Virus record (IMG/VR): IMGVR_UViG_2698536610_000002
Source of the DNA: a virus
Lineage: Duplodnaviria; Heunggongvirae; Uroviricota; Caudoviricetes
DNA length: 57,929 nt
Strand: one strand, 5' to 3'
In this document: one piece after another, positions 32,243-42,790 of the stretch
How the letters are laid out: each line of letters opens with the position of its first letter
Position numbering within the stretch: the first letter of the stretch is position 1
The notes under the pieces: model-generated
What the model was told of the DNA's origin: nothing
The model's input: the letters and a program-made list of their open reading frames with translations, nothing else
Databases searched by the model: none
Position numbers and translations under genes: made by a program

Positions 32243-32321
32243 ACTCCTTTAAACGATAGGTCTGAGCATTCGTAATGTACTGTTTTTAAATTTTATTTTT
32301 TCCTGTCTTTTCATAAAGGCG

Positions 32322-33095
32322 ATGTATGCCGCCACCATTGAGAGTGAGCTGGATACGCAGTCAGCGATGGATTTTATTCTGGGCGCGAACAGTCAGGAGC
32401 AGCGGGAAAGGCTGACCGGCTGGATTGGTGAAATTGCCGCGTATTACGCCGCAGCACCGGTCCGTCTGGGAGGCGCAAAAGTGCCGCACCTGATGCCGGG
32501 GGACTCACTGAACCTGCAGACGGCTCAGGACACGGATAACGGCTACTCCGTGTTTGAGCAGTCACTGTTGCGGTATATCGCTGCCGGGCTGGGTGTCTCG
32601 TATGAGCAGCTTTCCCGGAATTACGCCCAGATGAGCTACTCCACGGCACGGGCCAGTGCGAACGAGTCGTGGGCGTACTTTATGGGGCGGCGAAAATTCG
32701 TCGCATCCCGTCAGGCGAGCCAGATGTTTCTGTGCTGGCTGGAAGAGGCCATCGCTCGCCGCGTGGTGACGTTACCTTCAAAAGCGCGCTTCAGTTTTCA
32801 GGAAGCCCGAAGTGCCTGGGGGAACTGCGACTGGATAGGCTCCGGTCGTATGGCCATCGATGGTCTGAAAGAAGTACAGGAAGCGGTGATGCTGATAGAA
32901 GCCGGACTGAGTACCTACGAGAAAGAGTGCGCAAAACGCGGTGACGACTATCAGGAAATTTTTGCCCAGCAGGTCCGTGAAACGATGGAGCGCCGTGCAG
33001 CCGGTCTTAAACCGCCCGCCTGGGCGGCTGCGGCATTTGAATCCGGACTGCGACAATCAACAGAGGAGGAGAAGAGTGACAGCAGAGCTGCGTAA
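32322..33095 (+). pseudogene. B: Portal protein B, C-terminal 257 codons, separated from the N-terminal part by the island
   Basis: MYAATIESELDTQSAMDFILGANSQEQRERLTGW... continues lambda gpB exactly from the residue after ...SAIVKA. Confidence 0.85.
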
Positions 33096-34395
33096 TCTCC
33101 CGCATATTGCCAGCATGGCTTTTAATGAGCCGCTGATGCTTGAACCCGCCTATGCGCGGGTTTTCTTTTGTGCGCTTGCAGGCCAGCTTGGGATCAGCCG
33201 CCTGACGGATGCAGTATCCGGCGACAGCCTGACTGCCGGAGAGGCACCCGCGGCGCTGGCGTTATCCGGTGATGATGACGGACCACGACAGGCCCGCAGT
33301 TATCAGGTCATGAACGGCATCGCCGTGCTGCCAGTGTCCGGTACGCTGGTCAGCCGGACGCGGGCGCTGCAGCCGTATTCGGGAATGACCGGTTACAACG
33401 GCATTATCGCCCGTCTGCAACAGGCTGCCAGCGATCCGATGGTGGACGGCATTCTGCTGGATATGGACACACCGGGCGGGATGGTGGCGGGAGCATTTGA
33501 CTGTGCTGACATCATCGCCCGTGTGCGTGACATAAAACCGGTATGGGCGCTGGCCAACGACATGAACTGCAGTGCAGGTCAGCTGCTTGCCAGCGCCGCC
33601 TCCCGGCGTCTGGTCACGCAGACCGCCCGGACAGGCTCCATCGGCGTCATGATGGCTCACAGTAATTACGGTGCTGCGCTGGAGAAACAGGGCGTGGAAA
33701 TCACGCTGATTTACAGCGGCAGCCATAAGGTGGATGGCAACCCCTACAGCCATCTTCCGGATGACGTCCGGGAGACACTGCAGTCCCGGATGGATGCAAC
33801 CCGCCGGATGTTTGCGCAGAAGGTGTCGGCATATACCGGCCTGTCCGTGCAGGCTGTGCTGGATACCGAGGCTGCAGTGTACAGCGGTCAGGAGGCCATT
33901 GATGCCGGACTGGCTGATGAACTTGTTAACAGTACCGATGCGATCACCGTTATGTGTGATGCACTGGATGCACGTAAATCCCGTCTCTCAGGAGGGCGAA
34001 TGACCAAAGAGACTCAATCAACAACTGTTTCAGCCACTGCTTCGCAGGCTGACGTTACTGACGTGGTGCCAGCGACGGAGGGCGAAAACGCCAGCGCGGC
34101 GCAGCCGGACGTGAACGCGCAGATCACCGCTGCGGTTGCGGCAGAAAACAGCCGCATTATGGGGATCCTCAACTGTGAGGAGGCTCACGGACGCGAAGAA
34201 CAGGCCCGCGTGCTGGCAGAAACCCCCGGTATGACCGTGGAAACGGCCCGCCGCATTCTGGCCGCAGCACCACAGAGTGCACAGGCGCGCAGTGACACTG
34301 CGCTGGATCGTCTGATGCAGGGGGCACCGGCACCGCTGGCTGCAGGTAACCCGGCATCTGATGCCGTTAACGATTTGCTGAACACACCAGTGTAA
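33076..34395 (+). CDS. C: Head protease/minor capsid protein C (scaffold Nu3 nested in frame)
   Basis: GTG start at 33076 giving (M)TAELRNLPHIASMAFNEPLMLEP... as in lambda C; the upstream ATG at 32941 lies inside B. Confidence 0.9.
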   Translation: MTAELRNLPHIASMAFNEPLMLEPAYARVFFCALAGQLGISRLTDAVSGDSLTAGEAPAALALSGDDDGPRQARSYQVMNGIAVLPVSGTLVSRTRALQPYSGMTGYNGIIARLQQAASDPMVDGILLDMDTPGGMVAGAFDCADIIARVRDIKPVWALANDMNCSAGQLLASAASRRLVTQTARTGSIGVMMAHSNYGAALEKQGVEITLIYSGSHKVDGNPYSHLPDDVRETLQSRMDATRRMFAQKVSAYTGLSVQAVLDTEAAVYSGQEAIDAGLADELVNSTDAITVMCDALDARKSRLSGGRMTKETQSTTVSATASQADVTDVVPATEGENASAAQPDVNAQITAAVAAENSRIMGILNCEEAHGREEQARVLAETPGMTVETARRILAAAPQSAQARSDTALDRLMQGAPAPLAAGNPASDAVNDLLNTPV

Positions 34396-34404
34396 GGGAT
34401 GTTT

Positions 34405-34737
34405 ATGACGAGCAAAGAAACCTTTACCCATTACCAGCCGCTGGGCAACAGTGACCCGGCTCATACCGCAACCGCGCCCGGCGGATTGAGTGCGAAAGCG
34501 CCTGCAATGACCCCGCTGATGCTGGACACCTCCACCCGTAAGCTGGTTGCGTGGGATGGCACCACCGACGGTGCTGCCGTTGGCATTCTTGCAGTTGCTG
34601 CTGACCAGACCAGCACCACACTGACGTTCTACAAGTCCGGCACGTTCCGTTATGAGGATGTGCTCTGGCCGGAGGCTGCCAGCGACGAGACGAAAAAACG
34701 GACCGCGTTTGCCGGAACGGCAATCAGCATCGTTTAA
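34405..34737 (+). CDS. D: Head decoration protein D
   Basis: [43 protein letters not shown]... matches lambda gpD. Confidence 0.95.
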   Translation: MTSKETFTHYQPLGNSDPAHTATAPGGLSAKAPAMTPLMLDTSTRKLVAWDGTTDGAAVGILAVAADQTSTTLTFYKSGTFRYEDVLWPEAASDETKKRTAFAGTAISIV

Positions 34738-34792
34738 CCTGACCCTTCATCACTAAAGGCCGCCTGTGCGGCTTTTTTTACGGGATTTTTTT

Positions 34793-35818
34793 ATGTCGAT
34801 GTACACAACCGCCCAGCTGCTGGCGGCAAATGAGCAGAAATTTAAGTTTGATCCGCTGTTTCTGCGTCTCTTTTTCCGTGAGAGCTATCCCTTCACCACG
34901 GAGAAAGTCTATCTCTCACAAATTCCGGGACTGGTAAACATGGCGCTGTACGTTTCGCCGATTGTTTCCGGTGAGGTTATCCGTTCCCGTGGCGGCTCCA
35001 CCTCTGAATTTACGCCGGGATATGTCAAGCCGAAGCATGAAGTGAATCCGCAGATGACCCTGCGTCGCCTGCCGGATGAAGATCCGCAGAATCTGGCGGA
35101 CCCGGCTTACCGCCGCCGTCGCATCATCATGCAGAACATGCGTGACGAAGAGCTGGCCATTGCTCAGGTCGAAGAGATGCAGGCAGTTTCTGCCGTGCTT
35201 AAGGGCAAATACACCATGACCGGTGAAGCCTTCGATCCGGTTGAGGTGGATATGGGCCGCAGTGAGGAGAATAACATCACGCAGTCCGGCGGCACGGAGT
35301 GGAGCAAGCGTGACAAGTCCACGTATGACCCGACCGACGATATCGAAGCCTACGCGCTGAACGCCAGCGGTGTGGTGAATATCATCGTGTTTGATCCGAA
35401 AGGCTGGGCGCTGTTCCGTTCCTTCAAAGCCGTCAGGGAGAAGCTGGATACCCGTCGTGGCTCTCATTCCGAGCTGGAGACAGCGGTGAAAGACCTGGGT
35501 AAAGCGGTGTCCTATAAGGGGATGTATGGCGATGTGGCCATCGTCGTGTATTCCGGACAGTACGTGGAAAACGGCGTCAAAAAGAACTTCCTGCCGGACA
35601 ACACGATGGTGCTGGGTAACACTCATGCACGCGGTCTGCGCACCTATGGCTGTATTCAGGATGCGGATGCATTGAGTGAGGGTATTAATGCGTCTCCCCG
35701 TTATCCGAAAAACTGGAAGACATCCGGCGATCCGGCGCGAGAGTTCACCATGATTCAGTCAGCACCGCTGATGCTGCTGGCTGATCCTGATGAGTTCGTG
35801 GCCGTTCAACTGGCGTAA
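34793..35818 (+). CDS. E: Major capsid protein E
   Basis: MSMYTTAQLLAANEQKFKFDPLFLRLFFRESYPF... matches lambda gpE. Confidence 0.95.
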   Translation: MSMYTTAQLLAANEQKFKFDPLFLRLFFRESYPFTTEKVYLSQIPGLVNMALYVSPIVSGEVIRSRGGSTSEFTPGYVKPKHEVNPQMTLRRLPDEDPQNLADPAYRRRRIIMQNMRDEELAIAQVEEMQAVSAVLKGKYTMTGEAFDPVEVDMGRSEENNITQSGGTEWSKRDKSTYDPTDDIEAYALNASGVVNIIVFDPKGWALFRSFKAVREKLDTRRGSHSELETAVKDLGKAVSYKGMYGDVAIVVYSGQYVENGVKKNFLPDNTMVLGNTHARGLRTYGCIQDADALSEGINASPRYPKNWKTSGDPAREFTMIQSAPLMLLADPDEFVAVQLA

Positions 35819-35859
35819 TCATGGCCCTTCGGGGCCATTTTCTCTCTGTGGAGGAGTCC

Positions 35860-36258
35860 ATGACGAAAGATGAACTGATTGCCCGTCTCCGCTCGCTGGG
35901 TGAACAACTGAACCGTGATGTCAGCCTGACGGGGACGAAAGAAGAACTGGCGCTCCGTGTGGCAGAGCTGGAAGAGGAGCTTGATGACACGGATGAAACT
36001 GCCGGTCAGGACACCCCTCTCAGCCGGGAAAATGTGCTGACCGGACATGAAAATGAGGTGGGATCAGCGCAGCCGGATACCGTGATTCTGGATACGTCTG
36101 AACTGGTCACGGTCGTGGCACTGGTGAAGCTGCATACTGATGCACTTCACGCCACGCGGGATGAACCTGTGGCATTTGTGCTGCCGGGAACGGCGTTTCG
36201 TGTCTCTGCCGGTGTGGCAGCCGAAATGACAGAGCGCGGCCTGGCCAGAATGCAATAA
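35860..36258 (+). CDS. FI: DNA-packaging protein FI
   Basis: MTKDELIARLRSLGEQLNRDVSLTGTKEELALRVAELEEELDD... matches lambda gpFI. Confidence 0.9.
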   Translation: MTKDELIARLRSLGEQLNRDVSLTGTKEELALRVAELEEELDDTDETAGQDTPLSRENVLTGHENEVGSAQPDTVILDTSELVTVVALVKLHTDALHATRDEPVAFVLPGTAFRVSAGVAAEMTERGLARMQ

Positions 36259-36269
36259 CGGGAGGCGCT

Positions 36270-36623
36270 GTGGCTGATTTCGATAACCTGTTCGATGCTG
36301 CCATTGCCCGCGCCGATGAAACGATACGCGGGTACATGGGAACGTCAGCCACCATGACATCCGGTGAGCAGTCAGGTGCGGTGATACGTGGTGTTTTTGA
36401 TGACCCTGAAAATATCAGCTATGCCGGACAGGGCGTGCGCGTTGAAGGCTCCAGCCCGTCCCTGTTTGTCCGGACTGATGATGCGCGGCAGCTGCGGCGT
36501 GGAGACACGCTGACCATCGGTGAGGAAAATTTCTGGGTAGATCGGGTTTCGCCGGATGATGGCGGAAGTTGTCATCTCTGGCTTGGACGGGGCGTACCGC
36601 CTGCCGTTAACCGTCGCCGCTGA
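36270..36623 (+). CDS. FII: Head-tail connector FII
   Basis: MADFDNLFDAAIARADETIRGYMGTSA... matches lambda gpFII. Confidence 0.9.
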   Translation: MADFDNLFDAAIARADETIRGYMGTSATMTSGEQSGAVIRGVFDDPENISYAGQGVRVEGSSPSLFVRTDDARQLRRGDTLTIGEENFWVDRVSPDDGGSCHLWLGRGVPPAVNRRR

Positions 36624-36634
36624 AAGGGGGATGT

Positions 36635-37213
36635 ATGGTCATAAAAGGTCTTGAGCAGGCCGTTGAAAACCTCAGCCGTATCAGCAAAACGGCGGTGCCT
36701 GGTGCCGCCGCAATGGCCATTAACCGCGTTGCTTCATCCGCGATATCGCAGTCGGCGTCACAGGTTGCCCGTGAGACAAAGGTACGCCGGAAACTGGTAA
36801 AGGAAAGGGCCAGGCTGAAAAGGGCCACGGTCAAAAATCCGCAGGCCAGAATCAGGGTTAACCGGGGGGATTTGCCCGTAATAAAGCTGGGTAACGCGCG
36901 GATTGTCCTGTCCCGACGCAGGCATCGTAAAAAGGGGCAGCGTTCAGCCCTGAAAGGTGGCGGCAGCGTGCTTGTGGTGGGAAACCGTCGTATTCCCGGC
37001 GCGTTTATTCAGCAACTGAAAAATGGCCGCTGGCATGTCATGCAGCGTGTGGCCGGGAAAAACCGTTACCCCATTGATGTGGTGAAAATCCCGATGGCGG
37101 TGCCGCTGACCACGGCGTTTAAACAGAATATTGAACGGATACGGCGTGAACGTCTTCCGAAAGAGCTGGGCTATGCGCTGCAGCATCAACTGAGAATGGT
37201 AATAAAGCGATGA
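36635..37213 (+). CDS. Z: Tail completion protein Z
   Basis: 192 aa in lambda order; sequence consistent with gpZ. Confidence 0.85.
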   Translation: MVIKGLEQAVENLSRISKTAVPGAAAMAINRVASSAISQSASQVARETKVRRKLVKERARLKRATVKNPQARIRVNRGDLPVIKLGNARIVLSRRRHRKKGQRSALKGGGSVLVVGNRRIPGAFIQQLKNGRWHVMQRVAGKNRYPIDVVKIPMAVPLTTAFKQNIERIRRERLPKELGYALQHQLRMVIKR

Positions 37214-37605
37214 AACATACTGAACTCCGTGCAGCCGTACTGGATGCACTGGAGAAGCATGACACCGGGGCGACGCTTTTTGATGGTCGCCCCGCTGTTT
37301 TTGATGAGGCGGATTTTCCGGCAATTGCCGTTTATCTCACCGGCGCTGAATACACGGGCGAAGAGCTGGACAGCGATACCTGGCAGGCGGAGCTGCATAT
37401 TGAAGTTTTCCTGCCTGCTCAGGTGCCGGATTCAGAGCTGGATTCGTGGATGGAGTCCCGGATTTATCCGGTGATGAGCGATATCCCGGCACTGTCAGAT
37501 TTGATCACCAGTATGGTGGCCAGCGGCTATGACTACCGGCGCGACGATGATGCGGGCCTGTGGAGTTCAGCCGATCTGACTTATGTCATTACCTATGAAA
37601 TGTGA
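37210..37605 (+). CDS. U: Tail terminator U
   Basis: 131 aa [48 protein letters not shown]... matches lambda gpU. Confidence 0.9.
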   Translation: MKHTELRAAVLDALEKHDTGATLFDGRPAVFDEADFPAIAVYLTGAEYTGEELDSDTWQAELHIEVFLPAQVPDSELDSWMESRIYPVMSDIPALSDLITSMVASGYDYRRDDDAGLWSSADLTYVITYEM

Positions 37606-37612
37606 GGACGCT

Positions 37613-38353
37613 ATGCCTGTACCAAATCCTGTAATGCCGGTGAAAGGTGCCGGGACCACCCTGTGGGTTTATAAGGGAAGCGGTGACCCTTATGCGAATC
37701 CGCTTTCAGACGTTGACTGGTCGCGTCTGGCAAAAGTTAAAGACCTGACGCCCGGCGAACTGACCGCTGAGTCCTATGACGACAGCTATCTCGATGATGA
37801 AGATGCAGACTGGACTGCGACCGGGCAGGGGCAGAAATCTGCCGGAGATACCAGCTTCACGCTGGCGTGGATGCCCGGAGAGCAGGGGCAGCAGGCGCTG
37901 CTGGCGTGGTTTAATGAAGGTGATACCCGTGCTTATAAAATCCGCTTCCCGAACGGCACGGTCGATGTGTTCCGTGGCTGGGTCAGCAGTATCGGTAAGG
38001 CGGTGACGGCGAAGGAAGTGATTACCCGCACGGTGAAGGTCACCAATGTGGGACGTCCGTCGATGGCAGAAGATCGCAGCACGGTGACGGCGACAACCGG
38101 CATGACTGTGACGCCTGCCAGCACCTCGGTGGTGAAAGGGCAGAGCACCACGCTGACCGTGGCATTCCAGCCGGAAGGCGCAACCGACAAGAGCTTCCGT
38201 GCGGTGTCAGCGGATAAAACAAAAGCCACCGTGTCGGTCAGTGGTATGACCATCACCGTGAAAGGTGTTGCTGCAGGCAAGGTCAACATTCCGGTCGTAT
38301 CCGGTAATGGTGAACTTGCTGCGGTTGCAGAAATCACCGTCACCGCCAGTTAA
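37613..38353 (+). CDS. V: Major tail protein V
   Basis: Start at [31 protein letters not shown]...; C-terminal Ig-like domain region present. Confidence 0.9.
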   Translation: MPVPNPVMPVKGAGTTLWVYKGSGDPYANPLSDVDWSRLAKVKDLTPGELTAESYDDSYLDDEDADWTATGQGQKSAGDTSFTLAWMPGEQGQQALLAWFNEGDTRAYKIRFPNGTVDVFRGWVSSIGKAVTAKEVITRTVKVTNVGRPSMAEDRSTVTATTGMTVTPASTSVVKGQSTTLTVAFQPEGATDKSFRAVSADKTKATVSVSGMTITVKGVAAGKVNIPVVSGNGELAAVAEITVTAS

Positions 38354-38368
38354 TCCGGGGAGTCAGAG

Positions 38369-38791
38369 ATGTTCCTGAAAACCGAATCATTTGAACATAA
38401 CGGTGTGACCGTCACGCTTTCTGAACTGTCAGCCCTGCAGCGTATTGAGCATCTTGCCTGGTTGAAAGAGCAGGAAAAAAAGGCTGAATCCAGTGGCAAC
38501 CTGCAGGTGTCTGTAGAGGAGCTTATCAGAGGCGGGGCGTTTCTGGTGGCGATGTCTCTGTGGCATAACCATCCACAGAAGACAAAGCTGCCGTCCATGA
38601 ATGAAGCCATTACGCAGATTGAGCAGGAAGTGCTTACCACCTGGCCCACGGAGGCAATTGCTCAGGCTGAAAACGTGGTGTTACGTCTGTCCGGAATGTC
38701 TGAGTTTGTGGTGAATAATGCCCCTGAACAGACAGAGGACGCCGGGCCTGCAGAGCCTGTTTCTGCGGGAAAGTTTTCGACGGTGAGCTGA
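38369..38791 (+). CDS. G: Tail assembly chaperone G
   Basis: MFLKTESFEHNGVTVTLSELSALQRIEHLAW...; slippery heptamer gggaaag at 38767-38773 near the 3' end. Confidence 0.9.
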   Translation: MFLKTESFEHNGVTVTLSELSALQRIEHLAWLKEQEKKAESSGNLQVSVEELIRGGAFLVAMSLWHNHPQKTKLPSMNEAITQIEQEVLTTWPTEAIAQAENVVLRLSGMSEFVVNNAPEQTEDAGPAEPVSAGKFSTVS

Positions 38792-39207
38792 GTTTTGCCC
38801 TGAAACTGGCGCGTGAGATGGGGCGACCCGACTGGCGTGCCATGCTTGCCGGGATGTCATCCACGGAGTATGCCGACTGGCACCGCTTTTACAGTACCCA
38901 TTATTTTCATGATGTTCTGCTGGATATGCACTTTTCCGGGCTGACGTACACCGTGCTCAGCCTGTTTTTCAGCGATCCGGATATGCATCCGCTGGATTTC
39001 AGTTTGCTGAACCGGCGTGAGGCTGACGAAGAGCCTGAAGATGATGTGTTGATGCAGAAAGCGGCAGGGCTTGCCGGAGGTGTCCGCTTTGGCCCGGACG
39101 GGAATGAAGTTATCCCTACTTCCCCGGATGTGGCGGACATGACGGAGGATGACGTAATGCTGATGACAGTATCAGAAGGGATCGCAGGAGGAGTCCGGTA
39201 TGGCTGA
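38773..39207 (+). CDS. T: T segment of the G-T tail assembly chaperone, expressed by -1 frameshift from G
   Basis: The -1 frame is open from the gggaaag slip site and reads GKVFDGELSFALKLAREMGRPDWRAML... Confidence 0.8.
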   Translation, partial: VFDGELSFALKLAREMGRPDWRAMLAGMSSTEYADWHRFYSTHYFHDVLLDMHFSGLTYTVLSLFFSDPDMHPLDFSLLNRREADEEPEDDVLMQKAAGLAGGVRFGPDGNEVIPTSPDVADMTEDDVMLMTVSEGIAGGVRYG

Positions 39208-41761
39208 ACCGGTAGGCGATCTGGTCGTTGATTTGAGTCTGGATGCGGCCAGATTTGACGAGCAGATGGCCAGAGTCAGGCGTCATTTTTCCGGTACGGA
39301 AAGTGATGCGAAAAAAACAGCGGCAGTCGTTGAACAGTCGATGAACCGGCAGGCGCTGGCTGCACAGAAAGCGGGAATTTCCGTCGGGCAGTATAAAGCC
39401 GCCATGCGTATGCTGCCTGCGCAGTTCACTGACGTGGCCACGCAGCTTGCAGGCGGGCAAAGTCCGTGGCTGATCCTGCTGCAACAGGGGGGTCAGGTGA
39501 AGGACTCCTTCGGCGGGATGATCCCCATGTTCCGGGGGCTTGCCGGTGCGATCACCCTGCCGATGGTGGGGGCCACCTCGCTGGCGGTGGCGACCGGTGC
39601 GCTGGCGTATGCCTGGTATCAGGGCAACTCAACCCTGTCCGATTTCAACAAAACGCTGGTCCTTTCCGGCAATCAGTCGGGGCTGACGGCAGATCGCATG
39701 CTGGTCCTGTCCAGAGCCGGGCAGGCGGCAGGGCTGACGTTTAACCAGACCAGCGAGTCACTCAGTGCACTGGTTAAGGCGGGGGTAAGCGGTAAGGCTC
39801 AGATTGCGTCCATCAGCCAGAGTGTGGCGCGTTTCTCCTCTGCATCCGGTGTGGAGGTGGACAAGGTCGCTGAAGCCTTCGGGAAGCTGACCACTGACCC
39901 GACGTCGGGGCTGACGGCGATGGCACGCCAGTTCCATAACGTGACGGCGGAGCAGATTGCGTATGTTGCTCAGTTGCAGCGTTCCGGCGATGAAGCCGGG
40001 GCATTGCAGGCGGCGAACGAGGCCGCAACGAAAGGGTTTGATGACCAGACCCGCCGCCTGAAAGAGAACATGGGCACGCTGGAGACCTGGGCAGACAGGA
40101 CAGCGCGGGCATTCAAATCCATGTGGGATGCGGTGCTGGATATTGGTCGTCCTGATACCGCGCAGGAGATGCTGATTAAGGCAGAGGCTGCGTTTAAGAA
40201 AGCAGACGACATCTGGAATCTGCGCAAGGATGATTATTTTGTTAACGATGAAGCGCGGGCGCGTTACTGGGATGATCGTGAAAAGGCCCGTCTTGCGCTT
40301 GAAGCCGCCCGAAAGAAGGCTGAGCAGCAGACTCAACAGGACAAAAATGCGCAGCAGCAGAGCGATACCGAAGCGTCACGGCTGAAATATACCGAAGAGG
40401 CGCAGAAGGCTTACGAACGGCTGCAGACGCCGCTGGAGAAATATACCGCCCGTCAGGAAGAACTGAACAAGGCACTGAAAGACGGGAAAATCCTGCAGGC
40501 GGATTACAACACGCTGATGGCGGCGGCGAAAAAGGATTATGAAGCGACGCTGAAAAAGCCGAAACAGTCCGGCGTGAAGGTGTCTGCGGGCGATCGTCAG
40601 GAAGACAGTGCTCATGCTGCCCTGCTGACGCTTCAGGCAGAACTCCGGACGCTGGAGAAGCATGCCGGAGCGAATGAGAAAATCAGCCAGCAGCGCCGGG
40701 ATTTGTGGAAGGTAGAAAGTCAGTTCGCGGTACTGGAGGAGGCGGCACAACGTCGCCAGCTGTCCGCACAGGAGAAATCCCTGCTGGCGCATAAAGATGA
40801 GACGCTGGAGTACAAACGCCAGCTGGCTGCACTTGGCGACAAGGTTACGTATCAGGAGCGCCTGAACGCGCTGGCGCAGCAGGCGGATAAATTCGCACAG
40901 CAGCAACGGGCAAAACGGGCCGCCATTGATGCGAAAAGCCGGGGGCTGACTGACCGGCAGGCAGAACGGGAAGCCACGGAACAGCGCCTGAAGGAACAGT
41001 ATGGCGATAATCCGCTGGCGCTGAATAACGTCATGTCAGAGCAGAAAAAGACCTGGGCGGCCGAAGACCAGCTTCGCGGGAGCTGGATGGCAGGCCTGAA
41101 GTCCGGCTGGAGTGAGTGGGAAGAGAGCGCCACGGACAGTATGTCGCAGGTTAAAAGTGCAGCCACGCAGACCTTTGATGGTATTGCACAGAATATGGCG
41201 GCGATGCTGACCGGCAGTGAGCAGAACTGGCGCAGCTTCACCCGTTCCGTGCTGTCCATGATGACAGAAATTCTGCTTAAGCAGGCAATGGTGGGGATTG
41301 TCGGGAGTATCGGCAGCGCCATTGGCGGTGCTGCCAGTGGTGGAGCATCCGCGTCAGGCGGTACAGCCATTCAGGCCGCTGCGGCGAAATTCCATTTTGC
41401 GACCGGGGGATTTACGGGAACCGGCGGCAAATATGAGCCAGCGGGGATTGTTCACCGTGGTGAATTTGTCTTCACGAAGGAGGCAACCAGCCGGATTGGT
41501 GTCGGCAACCTGTACCGCCTGATGCGGGGCTATGCGGAAGGTGGTTATGTGGGCGGTGCCGGAAGTCCGGCGCAGATGCGGCGGGCTGAAGGCATTAATT
41601 TTAATCAGAACAATCACGTGGTGATTCAGAACGACGGTACGAATGGTCTGCCAGGTCCACAGATGATGAAGGCAGTGTATGACATGGCCCGCAAGGGTGC
41701 CCGTGATGAAATTCAGACACAGATGCGTGATGGTGGCCTGTTCTCCGGAGGTGGACGATGA
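39200..41761 (+). CDS. H: Tail tape measure protein H
   Basis: 853 aa, same length and position as lambda gpH; coiled-coil rich with Gly-rich C-terminal segment. Confidence 0.95.
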   Translation: MAEPVGDLVVDLSLDAARFDEQMARVRRHFSGTESDAKKTAAVVEQSMNRQALAAQKAGISVGQYKAAMRMLPAQFTDVATQLAGGQSPWLILLQQGGQVKDSFGGMIPMFRGLAGAITLPMVGATSLAVATGALAYAWYQGNSTLSDFNKTLVLSGNQSGLTADRMLVLSRAGQAAGLTFNQTSESLSALVKAGVSGKAQIASISQSVARFSSASGVEVDKVAEAFGKLTTDPTSGLTAMARQFHNVTAEQIAYVAQLQRSGDEAGALQAANEAATKGFDDQTRRLKENMGTLETWADRTARAFKSMWDAVLDIGRPDTAQEMLIKAEAAFKKADDIWNLRKDDYFVNDEARARYWDDREKARLALEAARKKAEQQTQQDKNAQQQSDTEASRLKYTEEAQKAYERLQTPLEKYTARQEELNKALKDGKILQADYNTLMAAAKKDYEATLKKPKQSGVKVSAGDRQEDSAHAALLTLQAELRTLEKHAGANEKISQQRRDLWKVESQFAVLEEAAQRRQLSAQEKSLLAHKDETLEYKRQLAALGDKVTYQERLNALAQQADKFAQQQRAKRAAIDAKSRGLTDRQAEREATEQRLKEQYGDNPLALNNVMSEQKKTWAAEDQLRGSWMAGLKSGWSEWEESATDSMSQVKSAATQTFDGIAQNMAAMLTGSEQNWRSFTRSVLSMMTEILLKQAMVGIVGSIGSAIGGAASGGASASGGTAIQAAAAKFHFATGGFTGTGGKYEPAGIVHRGEFVFTKEATSRIGVGNLYRLMRGYAEGGYVGGAGSPAQMRRAEGINFNQNNHVVIQNDGTNGLPGPQMMKAVYDMARKGARDEIQTQMRDGGLFSGGGR

Positions 41762-42087
41762 AAACCTTCCGCTGGAAAGTGAAACCCGGTATGGATGTGG
41801 CTTCGGCCCCTTCTGTAAGAAAGGTGCGCTTTGGTGATGGCTATTCCCAGCGAGCGCCTGCCGGGCTGAATGCCAACCTGAAAACGTACAGCGTGACGCT
41901 TTCTGTCCCCCGTGAGGAGGCCACGGTACTGGAGTCGTTTCTGGAAGAGCACGGGGGCTGGAAAGCCTTTCTGTGGACGCCGCCTTATGAGTGGTGGCAG
42001 ATAAAGGTGACCTGCGCAAAATGGTCGTCGCGGGTCAGTATGCTGCGTGTTGAGTTCAGCGCAGAGTTTGAACAGGTGGTGAACTGA
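41758..42087 (+). CDS. M: Tail tip protein M
   Basis: 109 aa in lambda gene order. Confidence 0.9.
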   Translation: MKTFRWKVKPGMDVASAPSVRKVRFGDGYSQRAPAGLNANLKTYSVTLSVPREEATVLESFLEEHGGWKAFLWTPPYEWWQIKVTCAKWSSRVSMLRVEFSAEFEQVVN

Positions 42088-42785
42088 TGCAGGATATCCG
42101 GCAGGAAACACTGAATGAATGCACCCGTGCGGAGCAGTCGGCCAGCGTGGTGCTCTGGGAAATCGACCTGACAGAGGTCGGTGGAGAACGTTATTTTTTC
42201 TGTAATGAGCAGAACGAAAAAGGTGAGCCGGTCACCTGGCAGGGGCGACAGTATCAGCCGTATCCCATTCAGGGGAGTGGTTTTGAACTGAATGGCAAAG
42301 GCACCAGTACGCGCCCCACGCTGACGGTTTCTAACCTGTACGGTATGGTCACCGGGATGGCGGAAGATCTGCAGAGTCTGGTCGGCGGAACGGTGGTCCG
42401 GCGTAAGGTTTACGCCCGTTTTCTGGATGCGGTGAACTTCGTCAACGGAAACAGTGACGCCGATCCGGAGCAGGAGGTGATCAGCCGCTGGCGCATCGAG
42501 CAGTGCAGCGAACTGAGCGCGGTGAGTGCCTCCTTTGTACTGTCCACGCCGACGGAAACAGATGGCGCTGTTTTTCCGGGACGTATCATGCTGGCCAACA
42601 CCTGCACCTGGACCTATCGCGGCGATGAGTGCGGTTATCACGGTCCGGCGGTCGCGGATGAATATGACCAGCCAACGTCCGATATCACGAAGGATAAATG
42701 CAGCAAATGCCTGAGTGGCTGTAAGTTTCGCAATAACGTCGGCAACTTTGGCGGCTTCCTTTCCATTAACAAACTTTCGCAGTAA
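42087..42785 (+). CDS. L: Tail tip protein L
   Basis: 232 aa in lambda gene order. Confidence 0.9.
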   Translation: MQDIRQETLNECTRAEQSASVVLWEIDLTEVGGERYFFCNEQNEKGEPVTWQGRQYQPYPIQGSGFELNGKGTSTRPTLTVSNLYGMVTGMAEDLQSLVGGTVVRRKVYARFLDAVNFVNGNSDADPEQEVISRWRIEQCSELSAVSASFVLSTPTETDGAVFPGRIMLANTCTWTYRGDECGYHGPAVADEYDQPTSDITKDKCSKCLSGCKFRNNVGNFGGFLSINKLSQ

Positions 42786-42790
42786 ATCCC

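Noticed and set aside
32941-33075. Upstream ATG extension of the C gene (ORF track start 32941)
   Set aside because: The extension lies within the B coding region in another frame; the lambda-equivalent GTG start at 33076 gives the expected N-terminus.
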